Origin: a virus
DNA length: 64,000 nucleotides
Direction: 5' to 3' (one strand)
Virus record (IMG/VR): IMGVR_UViG_3300032246_001180
Span: 104,243-168,242 of that record
Made by a program: the position numbers and the translations under genes. A model generated the notes under the pieces. It was not told the DNA's origin, searched no databases, and saw only the letters and a list, made by a program, of their open reading frames with translations. Shown here piece by piece: positions 17,622 through 25,783 of the stretch; position 1 is the stretch's first letter, and every line of letters begins with the position of its first letter.

Positions 17622-18194
17622 ATGACATTTGAAACTATTGTTATTGATGATGTATTGCCAAAAGAATATGCCGATAAGATAGAAAGAATACACATTAGTG
17701 GATCCTTTCCTTGGACTTTCAACGTTGATATGACTTTGCCGGCTGAGTTAAGAACGAAACTACCTAATTATATTAACACTCCAGGTTTTACCCATGCATC
17801 GGTACATCTTAAAAAACAAGTTAGTCAATATATTGCCCAATTTGCTAAAATAGTTTATTATACTTTACAGAAAATAAACTATACAAAAAGTTATGAAATA
17901 ATTGTTTGTCGTTCCTTTATGTTGTTGCCAACTCCTAAAGTTGAGGAATTTACAACTAAACATATAGATACGGAAACACCTCATTTGGTTATTTTATATT
18001 ATGTGAATGATACCGATGGAGATACCTATTTATTCGGTAAAGAAAAAGATAGTGAGCTGGTACAAAAAGTTTCGCCTCAAAAAAATCGAGCTGTAATTTT
18101 TGACGGATCAAATTACCATGCAAGTAGTTTGCCAACCAACAAACATAGAATTGTAATGAACTTTAATCTTGAAATTGAAAATGATGACCTATGA
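17622..18194 (+). CDS. 2OG-Fe(II) oxygenase
   Basis: HID...LYYVND.DG.T...P.KNR.V.FDG..YHAS...R.V.NFN. Confidence 0.85.
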   Translation: MTFETIVIDDVLPKEYADKIERIHISGSFPWTFNVDMTLPAELRTKLPNYINTPGFTHASVHLKKQVSQYIAQFAKIVYYTLQKINYTKSYEIIVCRSFMLLPTPKVEEFTTKHIDTETPHLVILYYVNDTDGDTYLFGKEKDSELVQKVSPQKNRAVIFDGSNYHASSLPTNKHRIVMNFNLEIENDDL

Positions 18195-18799
18195 ATATTT
18201 TTTATCTTGACAATCATCCACAAACGTGTGCAGAAATGCACGTTGATAAACATTGCATAAAGATGATACTTGAATATGCTCAATTACTTTCTACCGCACA
18301 CCGTGTTCTTGACGGCGTTCTTACTGTTGGTCTATCTGAGTCTGGTCGCAAACGGAAGCAATACGTTCTCTCTGATAGCCGTGAGCAAATGCTTTATTCC
18401 GCTACTCATGTTAATCATCCTTCAGCAGTTTGGGTAAGACAAAGTGTTCAAAACTATATGTGGTTAGCTGAACTACTTGAATGTCTTTGTGGTGAATACT
18501 CTTATCGATATGGTAAAGTACATAAAGTACAACGTGATGGTCTTATGCAACTATTGAAGAATGAATTCCCTAAGAATCTTCCTATTGCACCGTTCACAGA
18601 ACCCACACCAGCTATGCCTGATGATGTAAAAGTGGTAGGTGATTCTGTTGCTTCTTATCACAATTATTATTTCAAAAACAAGCAACATCTTATTTCTTGG
18701 AAAGGTAAGATAAATAGTAGACCAACTCCTCCTTGGTGGAGTGAATTATGTTTGAATGCCTTATCAGAAGAAAATAGAAAACTTGGATTGGAATATTAA
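18191..18799 (+). CDS. pyrimidine-dimer DNA glycosylase (DenV/endonuclease V-like)
   Basis: MNIFYLD..P..CA..H.DKH..KM.LE.AQLLSTAH; H.NHPSA.W.R. Confidence 0.8.
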   Translation: MNIFYLDNHPQTCAEMHVDKHCIKMILEYAQLLSTAHRVLDGVLTVGLSESGRKRKQYVLSDSREQMLYSATHVNHPSAVWVRQSVQNYMWLAELLECLCGEYSYRYGKVHKVQRDGLMQLLKNEFPKNLPIAPFTEPTPAMPDDVKVVGDSVASYHNYYFKNKQHLISWKGKINSRPTPPWWSELCLNALSEENRKLGLEY

Positions 18800-19080
18800 T
18801 GCCCACATATGATTTTATGAATAGTGTTACTAACGAAGTCGAAGAACATCGTATGTCTTACACCGAATTGGATGACTTTCTAAAAAATAATCCGAATTTA
18901 TCTCGTCATTTTTCACCCGAAAATCTTCCAATTTTTGGTGATGGTATGCGTATGAATACTCCTGGTATGGGTCAACCAGATTCTACTTTTGAAAAATATG
19001 TAATTGGTCGTATGAAAGAAACAATTCCAGGTAATACAATCAAAGACGGACACAAAACAAAAGGATCAAGAGAATGGTAA
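18799..19080 (+). CDS. FmdB-like small protein
   Basis: MPTYDF start in T4-like syntenic position; no Cys. Confidence 0.55.
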   Translation: MPTYDFMNSVTNEVEEHRMSYTELDDFLKNNPNLSRHFSPENLPIFGDGMRMNTPGMGQPDSTFEKYVIGRMKETIPGNTIKDGHKTKGSREW

Positions 19081-19229
19081 TTGACAAAGTGCAGATACCT
19101 TATCTTCTAACACCAAAGAAACCAACTCACCGTAAAGTTGAGCCTGTAACTCCTATTGTACCAACACAAAAAGTGCAACGGGAAATTCCTCGTTTGTTTA
19201 CATATGAACCGAGTAAAAAAAGAAAATGA
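19074..19229 (+). CDS. small Pro/Lys-rich hypothetical protein
   Basis: 51-aa ORF filling the gap. Confidence 0.35.
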   Translation: MVIDKVQIPYLLTPKKPTHRKVEPVTPIVPTQKVQREIPRLFTYEPSKKRK

Positions 19230-19235
19230 TATATA

Positions 19236-19892
19236 ATGTTCAACTATTGTCCACCAAAAGAATTACCTGATTTACAATCAGAAACTTTCCCTGACGGAAA
19301 AAGATATTACAAATTACTTGATGGTACAAAACTACCTTCTGTAACTACCGTATTGGGTGCTATGAAAAAAGATGCAATCATGGCATGGCGCCAGCGTGTT
19401 GGTGAAGCCACCGCTAATGCAATATCAAAGAAAGCCACGGGTCGTGGTACTAACGTACATACTTTGTGTGAACGATATTTGAACAATGAAGATATGGGCA
19501 CCATGATGCCTGATGCATTAGAGATGTTCTATTCTCTAAAACCATTTTTGAATAATATCAATAATATACACTACCAAGAACAGGCACTTTGGTCTAAACA
19601 ATTAGGTTTGGCCGGTCGTGTAGACTGTATTGGTGAATATAATGGCGAGTTATCAGTTATAGATTTTAAAACTTCCAAAAAAATCAAAACCAAAGTTCAG
19701 ATTGAAGATTACTTCTGGCAGACCGCAGCGTATGCTTTGATGTATGAGGAGATGATTGGACTTCCAATCAATAACCTTGTTGTTATTATGGCTGTAGAAA
19801 ATGAACAACCTTTAGTATTTGAAGAAAAAACGGAAAACCACATTGATGGGTTGGTGAAAGCAATTCAATTTTATAAGGACCAATACAAATGA
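19236..19892 (+). CDS. PD-(D/E)XK exonuclease
   Basis: PSVTTVL, RGT.VH, AGRVDC, IDFKTS, Q.AAY. Confidence 0.9.
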   Translation: MFNYCPPKELPDLQSETFPDGKRYYKLLDGTKLPSVTTVLGAMKKDAIMAWRQRVGEATANAISKKATGRGTNVHTLCERYLNNEDMGTMMPDALEMFYSLKPFLNNINNIHYQEQALWSKQLGLAGRVDCIGEYNGELSVIDFKTSKKIKTKVQIEDYFWQTAAYALMYEEMIGLPINNLVVIMAVENEQPLVFEEKTENHIDGLVKAIQFYKDQYK

Positions 19893-20524
19893 GTTTACAA
19901 TTGTTATTTGATTATATTTGGATTAGAAAATTAAATTTAAATGTTAATACGATTAAACAATCATGTATCAAAATGGAAAGTTTTATCAATGAGAACTTTC
20001 CCGACTATAAACAAAATCCACTTTACGAACAAACAAACAAAGTATTGGAATCAAATTCACCTGATACAACAAATGCATATTTTGATTACAATTTAATGTT
20101 GTATCCTCAACAAGGATTTCATGAGTTGTTTGTATCAATAAGAGAAACATTCAATTTAGTCAGAAAAAAAAATAATGTAAAATTTAATCAATTCTATATG
20201 CAATGTTGGTTGAATACTTATGATGTAGGTCAAAAATTAGAATGGCATGGCCATTTTCCACCAGAAGTTAAATCTTGGCATGGGTTTTATTGTGTGAATG
20301 TTAAAGATTCTGTAACCTCATACAGAATTCCACCAAATGGTAAATTAGTTAATCTAAACTGTAAAGATGATTTACTGGTAATCAGTAAGAGCGATGGAGA
20401 TACACATTGTACTTCAGATTGGAATTATGAAAACGACAAAAGAATTACAATTGCTTTTGATATCGTACCAGCTCCATTCATAGCTTCACAGAAGATGTTA
20501 CTTAATCACTGGATACCATTATAA
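19889..20524 (+). CDS. putative 2OG-Fe(II) oxygenase
   Basis: WLN...WHGH...H...RITIAFD. Confidence 0.65.
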   Translation: MSLQLLFDYIWIRKLNLNVNTIKQSCIKMESFINENFPDYKQNPLYEQTNKVLESNSPDTTNAYFDYNLMLYPQQGFHELFVSIRETFNLVRKKNNVKFNQFYMQCWLNTYDVGQKLEWHGHFPPEVKSWHGFYCVNVKDSVTSYRIPPNGKLVNLNCKDDLLVISKSDGDTHCTSDWNYENDKRITIAFDIVPAPFIASQKMLLNHWIPL

Positions 20525-20527
20525 ATA
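20520..20527 (+). promoter_or_regulatory. T4-type late promoter
   Basis: TATAAATA upstream of the nuclease gene. Confidence 0.7.
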
Positions 20528-20550
20528 TACCCCATACAAAAGGGGTAATA

Positions 20551-21387
20551 ATGAAAACTATAAAAACAATCTTTGGTATCACGTTAATTGGTTTATTACT
20601 GATTTCGATTAACAATGCGTTTGCATGGACACAAAGACCTAATTTTCCACAAGAGCAATGTGCAGTTCACGCACCTTACGGATTTCCACAGGCCGCAGGT
20701 TCACCAATCTGCCGTCAAGCATATTATGTTGACTATGATGCAGCTGCAAAGTTGCCAAAGGTTGTAACATACACTTTAACACCACCAAATGCAATAGGTT
20801 GTGTTGCTAGAACTAACGCATTTACAGCAGACCAATCGATTCAGAATGGCGCCAGACCAGATGACTACGCAGCCACAGGTTACGATAAAGGTCATATGGC
20901 ACCTGATGGTGATTTAAGTTGGGACCAACAAGTTGAATATGAATCGTTTTTGATGACCAATATGAGTCCTCAAGCAGGTTCATTGAACAGAGGTATTTGG
21001 AAGTTGTTGGAAACATCTGTGCGTGGCTGGGTTGTACAACGCAATCAAGTATATACAATTTATGTTGGTGGTGTTTACAACGCAAATGATAAACGAATTG
21101 GTACTGGTGTTGTTGTACCAAATGCATTTTATAAAATTGTAATTAATCAATCAACAAACGAAGTTGCTGGTTGGTATTTCCCTCATGTGGCACCTTATCC
21201 AAATTTAGGTAATGATTTGACAAAGTTTAGAGCAAGTGTTGGACAAATACAACAAGCAGCAGGTGTACGTTTTGGTTTCCCAGCAACAGCAAGAGAGATA
21301 GCAGTTGGTCAAGAATGGCCAGTTGATTATGGTGCATTAACAAACGCTAAGCGTGCTAAATGTGGTAGTAATGCATCTGCTGATTGA
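20551..21387 (+). CDS. secreted DNA/RNA non-specific endonuclease (NucA/EndA family)
   Basis: signal peptide; GYDKGH.AP, F.MTNM.PQ...LNRG.W..LE..VR, VP.AFYKI. Confidence 0.9.
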   Translation: MKTIKTIFGITLIGLLLISINNAFAWTQRPNFPQEQCAVHAPYGFPQAAGSPICRQAYYVDYDAAAKLPKVVTYTLTPPNAIGCVARTNAFTADQSIQNGARPDDYAATGYDKGHMAPDGDLSWDQQVEYESFLMTNMSPQAGSLNRGIWKLLETSVRGWVVQRNQVYTIYVGGVYNANDKRIGTGVVVPNAFYKIVINQSTNEVAGWYFPHVAPYPNLGNDLTKFRASVGQIQQAAGVRFGFPATAREIAVGQEWPVDYGALTNAKRAKCGSNASAD

Positions 21388-21412
21388 CTTTTTAGCAAGG
21401 AGCATATATAAT
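21384..21412 (+). promoter_or_regulatory. sigma70 promoter, probably for the tmRNA precursor
   Basis: TTGACT 21384-21389, N17, TATAAT 21407-21412. Confidence 0.75.
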
Positions 21413-21542
21413 GAACTTTAAACGTAAAAAAACAAAGAGGTGCGTTCGTTGTACAATGTGTACACAGCATCGATGGTTAGGTAACAACAAAGGTCGTAAA
21501 CCTATCCGTGATATGCGAAACGAACAAAAAGAATTGTTGTAA
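21411..21542 (+). CDS. 43-aa basic Cys/His protein
   Basis: AAGGAG SD; MNFKRKKTKRCVRCTMCTQHRWLGNNKGRKPIRDMRNEQKELL. Confidence 0.55.
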   Translation: MNFKRKKTKRCVRCTMCTQHRWLGNNKGRKPIRDMRNEQKELL

Positions 21543-21826
21543 TCCCTTCTAAGCGAAGGACTTCTGGACGGGGGTGCGAATCCCCCCAGCTCCACCAATT
21601 ATCTACTTTTATCCGGAAACAGATAATTATTCGGATTAAATAAAAGTGTATAATTGATGGGGCTGCATAGTTTCGACAGGGGTAGATAGTAAAGACGGCA
21701 ACACGGTAGGCGATGACCGTTAATCAAGCAAAACAAGTAAACGCAAACGATAGCGAATACGCATTAGCAGCTTAAAGGCCGCTTAGGGTTTTTGGCAGTT
21801 TATCCTCGTAACAGAATTAAACTGCC
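21535..21826 (+). ncRNA. ssrA: circularly permuted (two-piece) tmRNA
   Basis: acceptor piece ending GGGGGTGCGAATCCCCC-CAGCTCCACCA (21597); hairpin intervening segment 21598-21658; coding piece from GGGGCTG (21659) with G3-U70, pk1 and tag ANDSEYALAA* (21743-21775). Confidence 0.93.
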
Positions 21827-21896
21827 TAAATAAATTTACTAGACAACACACACAATCGTCTAGTAATACACATAAACACACACAAGGAGTAAAAAT

Positions 21897-22172
21897 ATGA
21901 GTATGACACCCTATGAAATTCGCCTAGAACTTTTAAAAATGGCGAAAGATATGCTAACTGACGAATACTACGGTAAACGTGAAGTAATCAGCAACGAATG
22001 GTCAACCAAGGTAGAAGAATCCAAAATCAACGGAACACCTTCACCATCCCATCCAGGTTTTCCATCATTCCCCTCGGAAGAAGAAATAATCAAAAAAGCA
22101 GAACTGCTTAACGGATTCGTTTCTCAAATTCCACAACAATCCGAAATAAAGACGAAAAAATCTAATTCGTAA
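21897..22172 (+). CDS. conserved T4-like hypothetical protein
   Basis: PYEIRLELLKMAKDML...FPS.EEII.KA..L..FVS; AAGGAG SD. Confidence 0.75.
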   Translation: MSMTPYEIRLELLKMAKDMLTDEYYGKREVISNEWSTKVEESKINGTPSPSHPGFPSFPSEEEIIKKAELLNGFVSQIPQQSEIKTKKSNS

Positions 22173-22182
22173 TTGGGGTACT

Positions 22183-22210
22183 CCGTACCTGCGATTCGTT
22201 GTGGGTACGG
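22183..22210 (+). other. intergenic UUCG hairpin
   Basis: CCGTACCTGCGA-TTCG-TTGTGGGTACGG, 12 bp with GU pairs, no U-tract. Confidence 0.6.
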
Positions 22211-22229
22211 TCATCAACAAGGAGAGAAG

Positions 22230-22751
22230 ATGACAAAAACAAAAAATAATCTAGTAGTAGGTTTACTAACGATAACATTAATTGCATTTAATCTTATCAA
22301 TCCAATATCGATAAGCTTTGCACAAGATTTTGTACGCAAAGAAGTTATCCAAGAATACAATAAAGAAGTTGATTGCTTAGCAGAAAATATTTACTACGAA
22401 TCTGCAAGCGAATCATTCGAAGGCAAATTGGCTGTAGCACAGGTAACAATTAACCGTGTTAAGTCGGGTAAATTTGCAGACAACATCTGCGGTGTTGTTA
22501 AACAAAAAGATACCATCAATGGTTCTATCGTTTGTCAATTTTCATGGACTTGCCAAGCGGTTAAACACATAGTACGCAACAAGTATCAATGGGAAGAATG
22601 TCAGATTGTTGCCAAAAAAGCACTAACACAATCCGTAGCACACGAATTGCTTTATGAACAAGATGCAATGTACTATCATGCGGTGTATGTTAATCCTAAA
22701 TGGAAATTAAAAAGAGTAACACAAATAGGTAATCATATATTTTATAGATAG
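22230..22751 (+). CDS. SleB-family cell wall hydrolase (Hydrolase_2)
   Basis: CLA.NIYYE, G..AVA.V..NRV, CQFSW, IGNH.FY; N-terminal TM; GGAG SD at 22221. Confidence 0.88.
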   Translation: MTKTKNNLVVGLLTITLIAFNLINPISISFAQDFVRKEVIQEYNKEVDCLAENIYYESASESFEGKLAVAQVTINRVKSGKFADNICGVVKQKDTINGSIVCQFSWTCQAVKHIVRNKYQWEECQIVAKKALTQSVAHELLYEQDAMYYHAVYVNPKWKLKRVTQIGNHIFYR

Positions 22752-22754
22752 TGC

Positions 22755-22783
22755 TTGACTATGATAACTTAATGATGTATAAT
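22755..22783 (+). promoter_or_regulatory. sigma70-type promoter
   Basis: TTGACT-N17-TATAAT. Confidence 0.75.
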
Positions 22784-22809
22784 GATGAATTACTGATTGG
22801 AATGAGAAT

Positions 22810-23031
22810 ATGCCTACTAAAGATGAGATTAAAGAATTCAGTTCGTTGATTGAAGAAATGGCCAAACGATTGCGATGTACCCGTTTAGATGCCATTCTAC
22901 ACCATTGCAAAGAATCTGGATTAGAAGTTGAAGTGGCTTCAAGTTTGATATCGCCTGCTCTCAAGAGTCGCATCAAAGAAGAAGCACAAGATGCAAATAT
23001 GTTGAAAAAGAGTTCACGTTTGCCGATATGA
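22810..23031 (+). CDS. gp33: late-transcription co-activator gp33
   Basis: FS..IE......DAI.H.C....E.E....LIS..LK..I..EA...N.L...S.LPI; synteny with gp59/gp32. Confidence 0.85.
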   Translation: MPTKDEIKEFSSLIEEMAKRLRCTRLDAILHHCKESGLEVEVASSLISPALKSRIKEEAQDANMLKKSSRLPI

Positions 23032-23648
23032 ATGAGAATACAGGCTTTGCAGCTTACGCTCTGTGGAATGCCTTGAAGCTGCACTTTACATCCGATTCGT
23101 ATGATTATTTTAAATACAACGGCAAAACCAATGTATCAAAACAAACGTTTTCCATAAGAAAAGATAAGTACCAGTTTTATAAACTTAGTCGTAAGTATGG
23201 TTTAGAAGAATTGAAAAACTTTTATGTGGCAAACTTTGTATATGGTAAATCTGATTGGGTAGGTGAACTGTTGCAGGATGGCAACGAACATTATTTAAAG
23301 TGGCAAAAAACCATCCAGAGCTTGACTTATACCTTTGAAAATGATATAATATATTTGTTCGATTTGGTAGATGGTGCGGAGTTTTCAACCCGTGATGATA
23401 TTTTAAAACCAATTGAAGGTGGTTGGCCAATGATTATTACCAAACTAATGAAAGGTAAAGTATCATTGGAATCTGTTTGTATTATGGTTGATGTTGTTGG
23501 TTGTATGCCTAGATGGGAAAAACAAATTACTGATGATATCATTTGGCCAACGTACCATAGATTGATTAAGAAGTATACACCATTTATCGAATATGATAAA
23601 GAAAAATATACAAACATTTTGAAAGAAAAGATTAAAGAGTATGGCTGA
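23028..23648 (+). CDS. gp59: helicase loader gp59
   Basis: ALKLHFT...YDYFKY.GK...RKDKY.F.KLS. Confidence 0.88.
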   Translation: MNENTGFAAYALWNALKLHFTSDSYDYFKYNGKTNVSKQTFSIRKDKYQFYKLSRKYGLEELKNFYVANFVYGKSDWVGELLQDGNEHYLKWQKTIQSLTYTFENDIIYLFDLVDGAEFSTRDDILKPIEGGWPMIITKLMKGKVSLESVCIMVDVVGCMPRWEKQITDDIIWPTYHRLIKKYTPFIEYDKEKYTNILKEKIKEYG

Positions 23649-24126
23649 AATCACAACTATCTACTTGGACATGGATGGCGTAATTGCTGACTTCAATAAA
23701 CGGTATAAAGAATTGTTTGATATTGAACCGAGTGAAGCGGACAATTACAAAACATTTGAAAAATTCTTTTTGCAATTTATTGCACAAGAGCAATTTGCTA
23801 CACTTGATTTAATGCCTGACGCTTTCAAACTTATTGATTATTTGAAATCTTTGCCAATTGAAACTAAGATTCTTTCATCAACTTCATCCGAATCTAAAGA
23901 TGAAGCGATTCGAGGTCAGAAGTTTAAATGGTTGCAAACACACAACATTACATTTGAACCAATTCTTGTTCCAGGAAAAAGATTCAAACGTAAGTATGCC
24001 ACTCCGTCCTCAATTTTAATTGACGATACTGAATCTAACATCAATCAATGGCATGAGGATGGTGGTGTCGCCATACTACATACTAATATTGATGATACGA
24101 TTAATCGTTTAAAGGCATACCTATGA
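23641..24126 (+). CDS. HAD 5'(3')-deoxyribonucleotidase-like protein
   Basis: DMDGV.ADF, K..WL, LIDD. Confidence 0.85.
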   Translation: MAEITTIYLDMDGVIADFNKRYKELFDIEPSEADNYKTFEKFFLQFIAQEQFATLDLMPDAFKLIDYLKSLPIETKILSSTSSESKDEAIRGQKFKWLQTHNITFEPILVPGKRFKRKYATPSSILIDDTESNINQWHEDGGVAILHTNIDDTINRLKAYL

Positions 24127-24713
24127 TTAAAGATTTTATTGGCGTTTTTGATAATGCAATCAAACCTGAAACTTGCAAATATTTCATTAAACATTTTGAA
24201 AAAATGAAGTCTACTGGTTTTTCTTATAAAAGAACGGACGATGAACGTTCTATGAATATGAAAAATGATGAGGCCATTAATCTTTACGATAATGAAAGTT
24301 TAAATATGCAATTGTGGGGTGTGGGTGGAAAAAATCCACACACCAATGATTTGATGCAAAGTTTTTGGAGTAAATACACCGAATATGCGGAAGAATATCC
24401 TTCTGTAAAACAACATGGTGAAATAGATATCTTAAATATTAAGATACAAAAAACTCTACCCACTCAAGGTTATCATATATGGCATTTTGAAACTTCAGGA
24501 CCAAGAAGTATGAATAGAATTATGGCATGGATGATTTACTTGAATGATGTGGAAGATGGTGGAGAAACCGAATTTCTGTATCAAAGTATGCGTATCAAGC
24601 CAAAACAGGGAACTTTGGTTCTATGGCCTGCACACTTTACACATATGCACCGTGGCAATCCTCCGCTAAGCGGAGAAAAATATATTATGACCAGTTGGTT
24701 AGAATTTATTTAA
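24123..24713 (+). CDS. 2OG-Fe(II) oxygenase (prolyl-4-hydroxylase-like)
   Basis: GYH.WH.E, YLNDV..GGETEF, WPA.FTH.HRG.PP...KYI. Confidence 0.9.
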   Translation: MIKDFIGVFDNAIKPETCKYFIKHFEKMKSTGFSYKRTDDERSMNMKNDEAINLYDNESLNMQLWGVGGKNPHTNDLMQSFWSKYTEYAEEYPSVKQHGEIDILNIKIQKTLPTQGYHIWHFETSGPRSMNRIMAWMIYLNDVEDGGETEFLYQSMRIKPKQGTLVLWPAHFTHMHRGNPPLSGEKYIMTSWLEFI

Positions 24714-24734
24714 TGGTAAATATGTTGTATGTGA

Positions 24735-24764
24735 TTGACAAACGCCTAAATAATATGATATAAT
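24735..24764 (+). promoter_or_regulatory. gp32 promoter (sigma70 type with nested late-like CTAAATA)
   Basis: TTGACA-N18-TATAAT; CTAAATA at 24746-24752. Confidence 0.6.
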
Positions 24765-24823
24765 GTATAAAGTGAAATACTCCGTTCACACACCGTTAAT
24801 ACTCCGTTTATAAAGGAAATACT

Positions 24824-25711
24824 ATGAGTTCATTTGCAAACCTCAAACGCCAATCTGGCAATCTCGATAAGCTTTCTAAAGCAATCGAAGCTCTCAACAC
24901 TAGCGAGAGCGGTTCAGAAAAACAGGATAACTTCTGGCGACCAGAAGTAGACAAAGCTGGCAACGGCATGGCTACAATCCGTTTTCTCCCCGCACCCTCA
25001 GTTGATGGTGATGACGCACTACCTTGGGCAAAAGTCTTCTCTCACGGGTTCCAAGGACCTGGTGGTTGGTTAATCGATAACTGTTTGACTACCAAAAATC
25101 AACAATGTCCTGTCTGCGAACATAATTCTGCTTTGTGGAATTCTGGCATCGAAGCCAATAAAGATGTTGTTCGTAAACAAAAGCGTAAGCTGAATTATAT
25201 CGCTAACGTCTACATTGTTTCGGATCCAAAACACCCCGAAAATGAAGGCAAAATCAAACTCTTTAAGTTTGGTAAGAAAATCTTTGACAAGATTACTGAA
25301 GCCATGAACCCACAATTTGAAGATGAAACTGCAATCAATCCGTTTGATTTGTGGAAAGGTGCTAACTTCAAGTTGAAGATTCGTAAAGTTGAAGGCTATC
25401 AGAATTATGATAAATCCGAATTTGATTCTCCTTCTGCTCTATTGTCTGATGATGATGAGTTGGAGAAAATCTGGAAGAATGAATTCTCATTGGCAGAAAT
25501 GACTGCTGAAAAAGAATTCAAATCGTATGACGCTTTGAAACAGCGCCTAGATAAAGTTCTTGGTTTGAATGGTGAAGCACCACGCACAACTGTTGAACAA
25601 ACAAAGGCAAAGAACTTTGATGCACCTAAGAAAGCAACCGCTGAACCGGTTCTTGCTGATGGTGATGAAGATGATTTGTCATACTTCTCAAAACTTGCTG
25701 AAGAAGAATAA
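24824..25711 (+). CDS. gp32: single-stranded DNA-binding protein gp32
   Basis: DKAGNG.A.IRFLP, H.FQGPGGW, C.TT...CPVCE, acidic tail. Confidence 0.95.
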   Translation: MSSFANLKRQSGNLDKLSKAIEALNTSESGSEKQDNFWRPEVDKAGNGMATIRFLPAPSVDGDDALPWAKVFSHGFQGPGGWLIDNCLTTKNQQCPVCEHNSALWNSGIEANKDVVRKQKRKLNYIANVYIVSDPKHPENEGKIKLFKFGKKIFDKITEAMNPQFEDETAINPFDLWKGANFKLKIRKVEGYQNYDKSEFDSPSALLSDDDELEKIWKNEFSLAEMTAEKEFKSYDALKQRLDKVLGLNGEAPRTTVEQTKAKNFDAPKKATAEPVLADGDEDDLSYFSKLAEEE

Positions 25712-25731
25712 TCACTTCTTCAACATGGTCT

Positions 25732-25760
25732 CCACTCCCGTAAAACGGAGTGGTTTTTTT
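25732..25760 (+). terminator. intrinsic terminator
   Basis: CCACTCC...GGAGTGG followed by T-tract. Confidence 0.8.
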
Positions 25761-25783
25761 ATGTTTGAAAATGGAGTGAAAAT

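Noticed and set aside
21565-21597. tRNA gene or attP-like tRNA fragment
   Set aside because: The T-arm/CCA pairs with the downstream GGGGCTG and a tag ORF follows, so it is the tmRNA acceptor piece. No canonical tRNA was found in the window.
21392-21598. 68-aa minus-strand ORF
   Set aside because: Antisense to the tmRNA acceptor piece; MVELGG.AP.S is the typical shadow of such RNAs.
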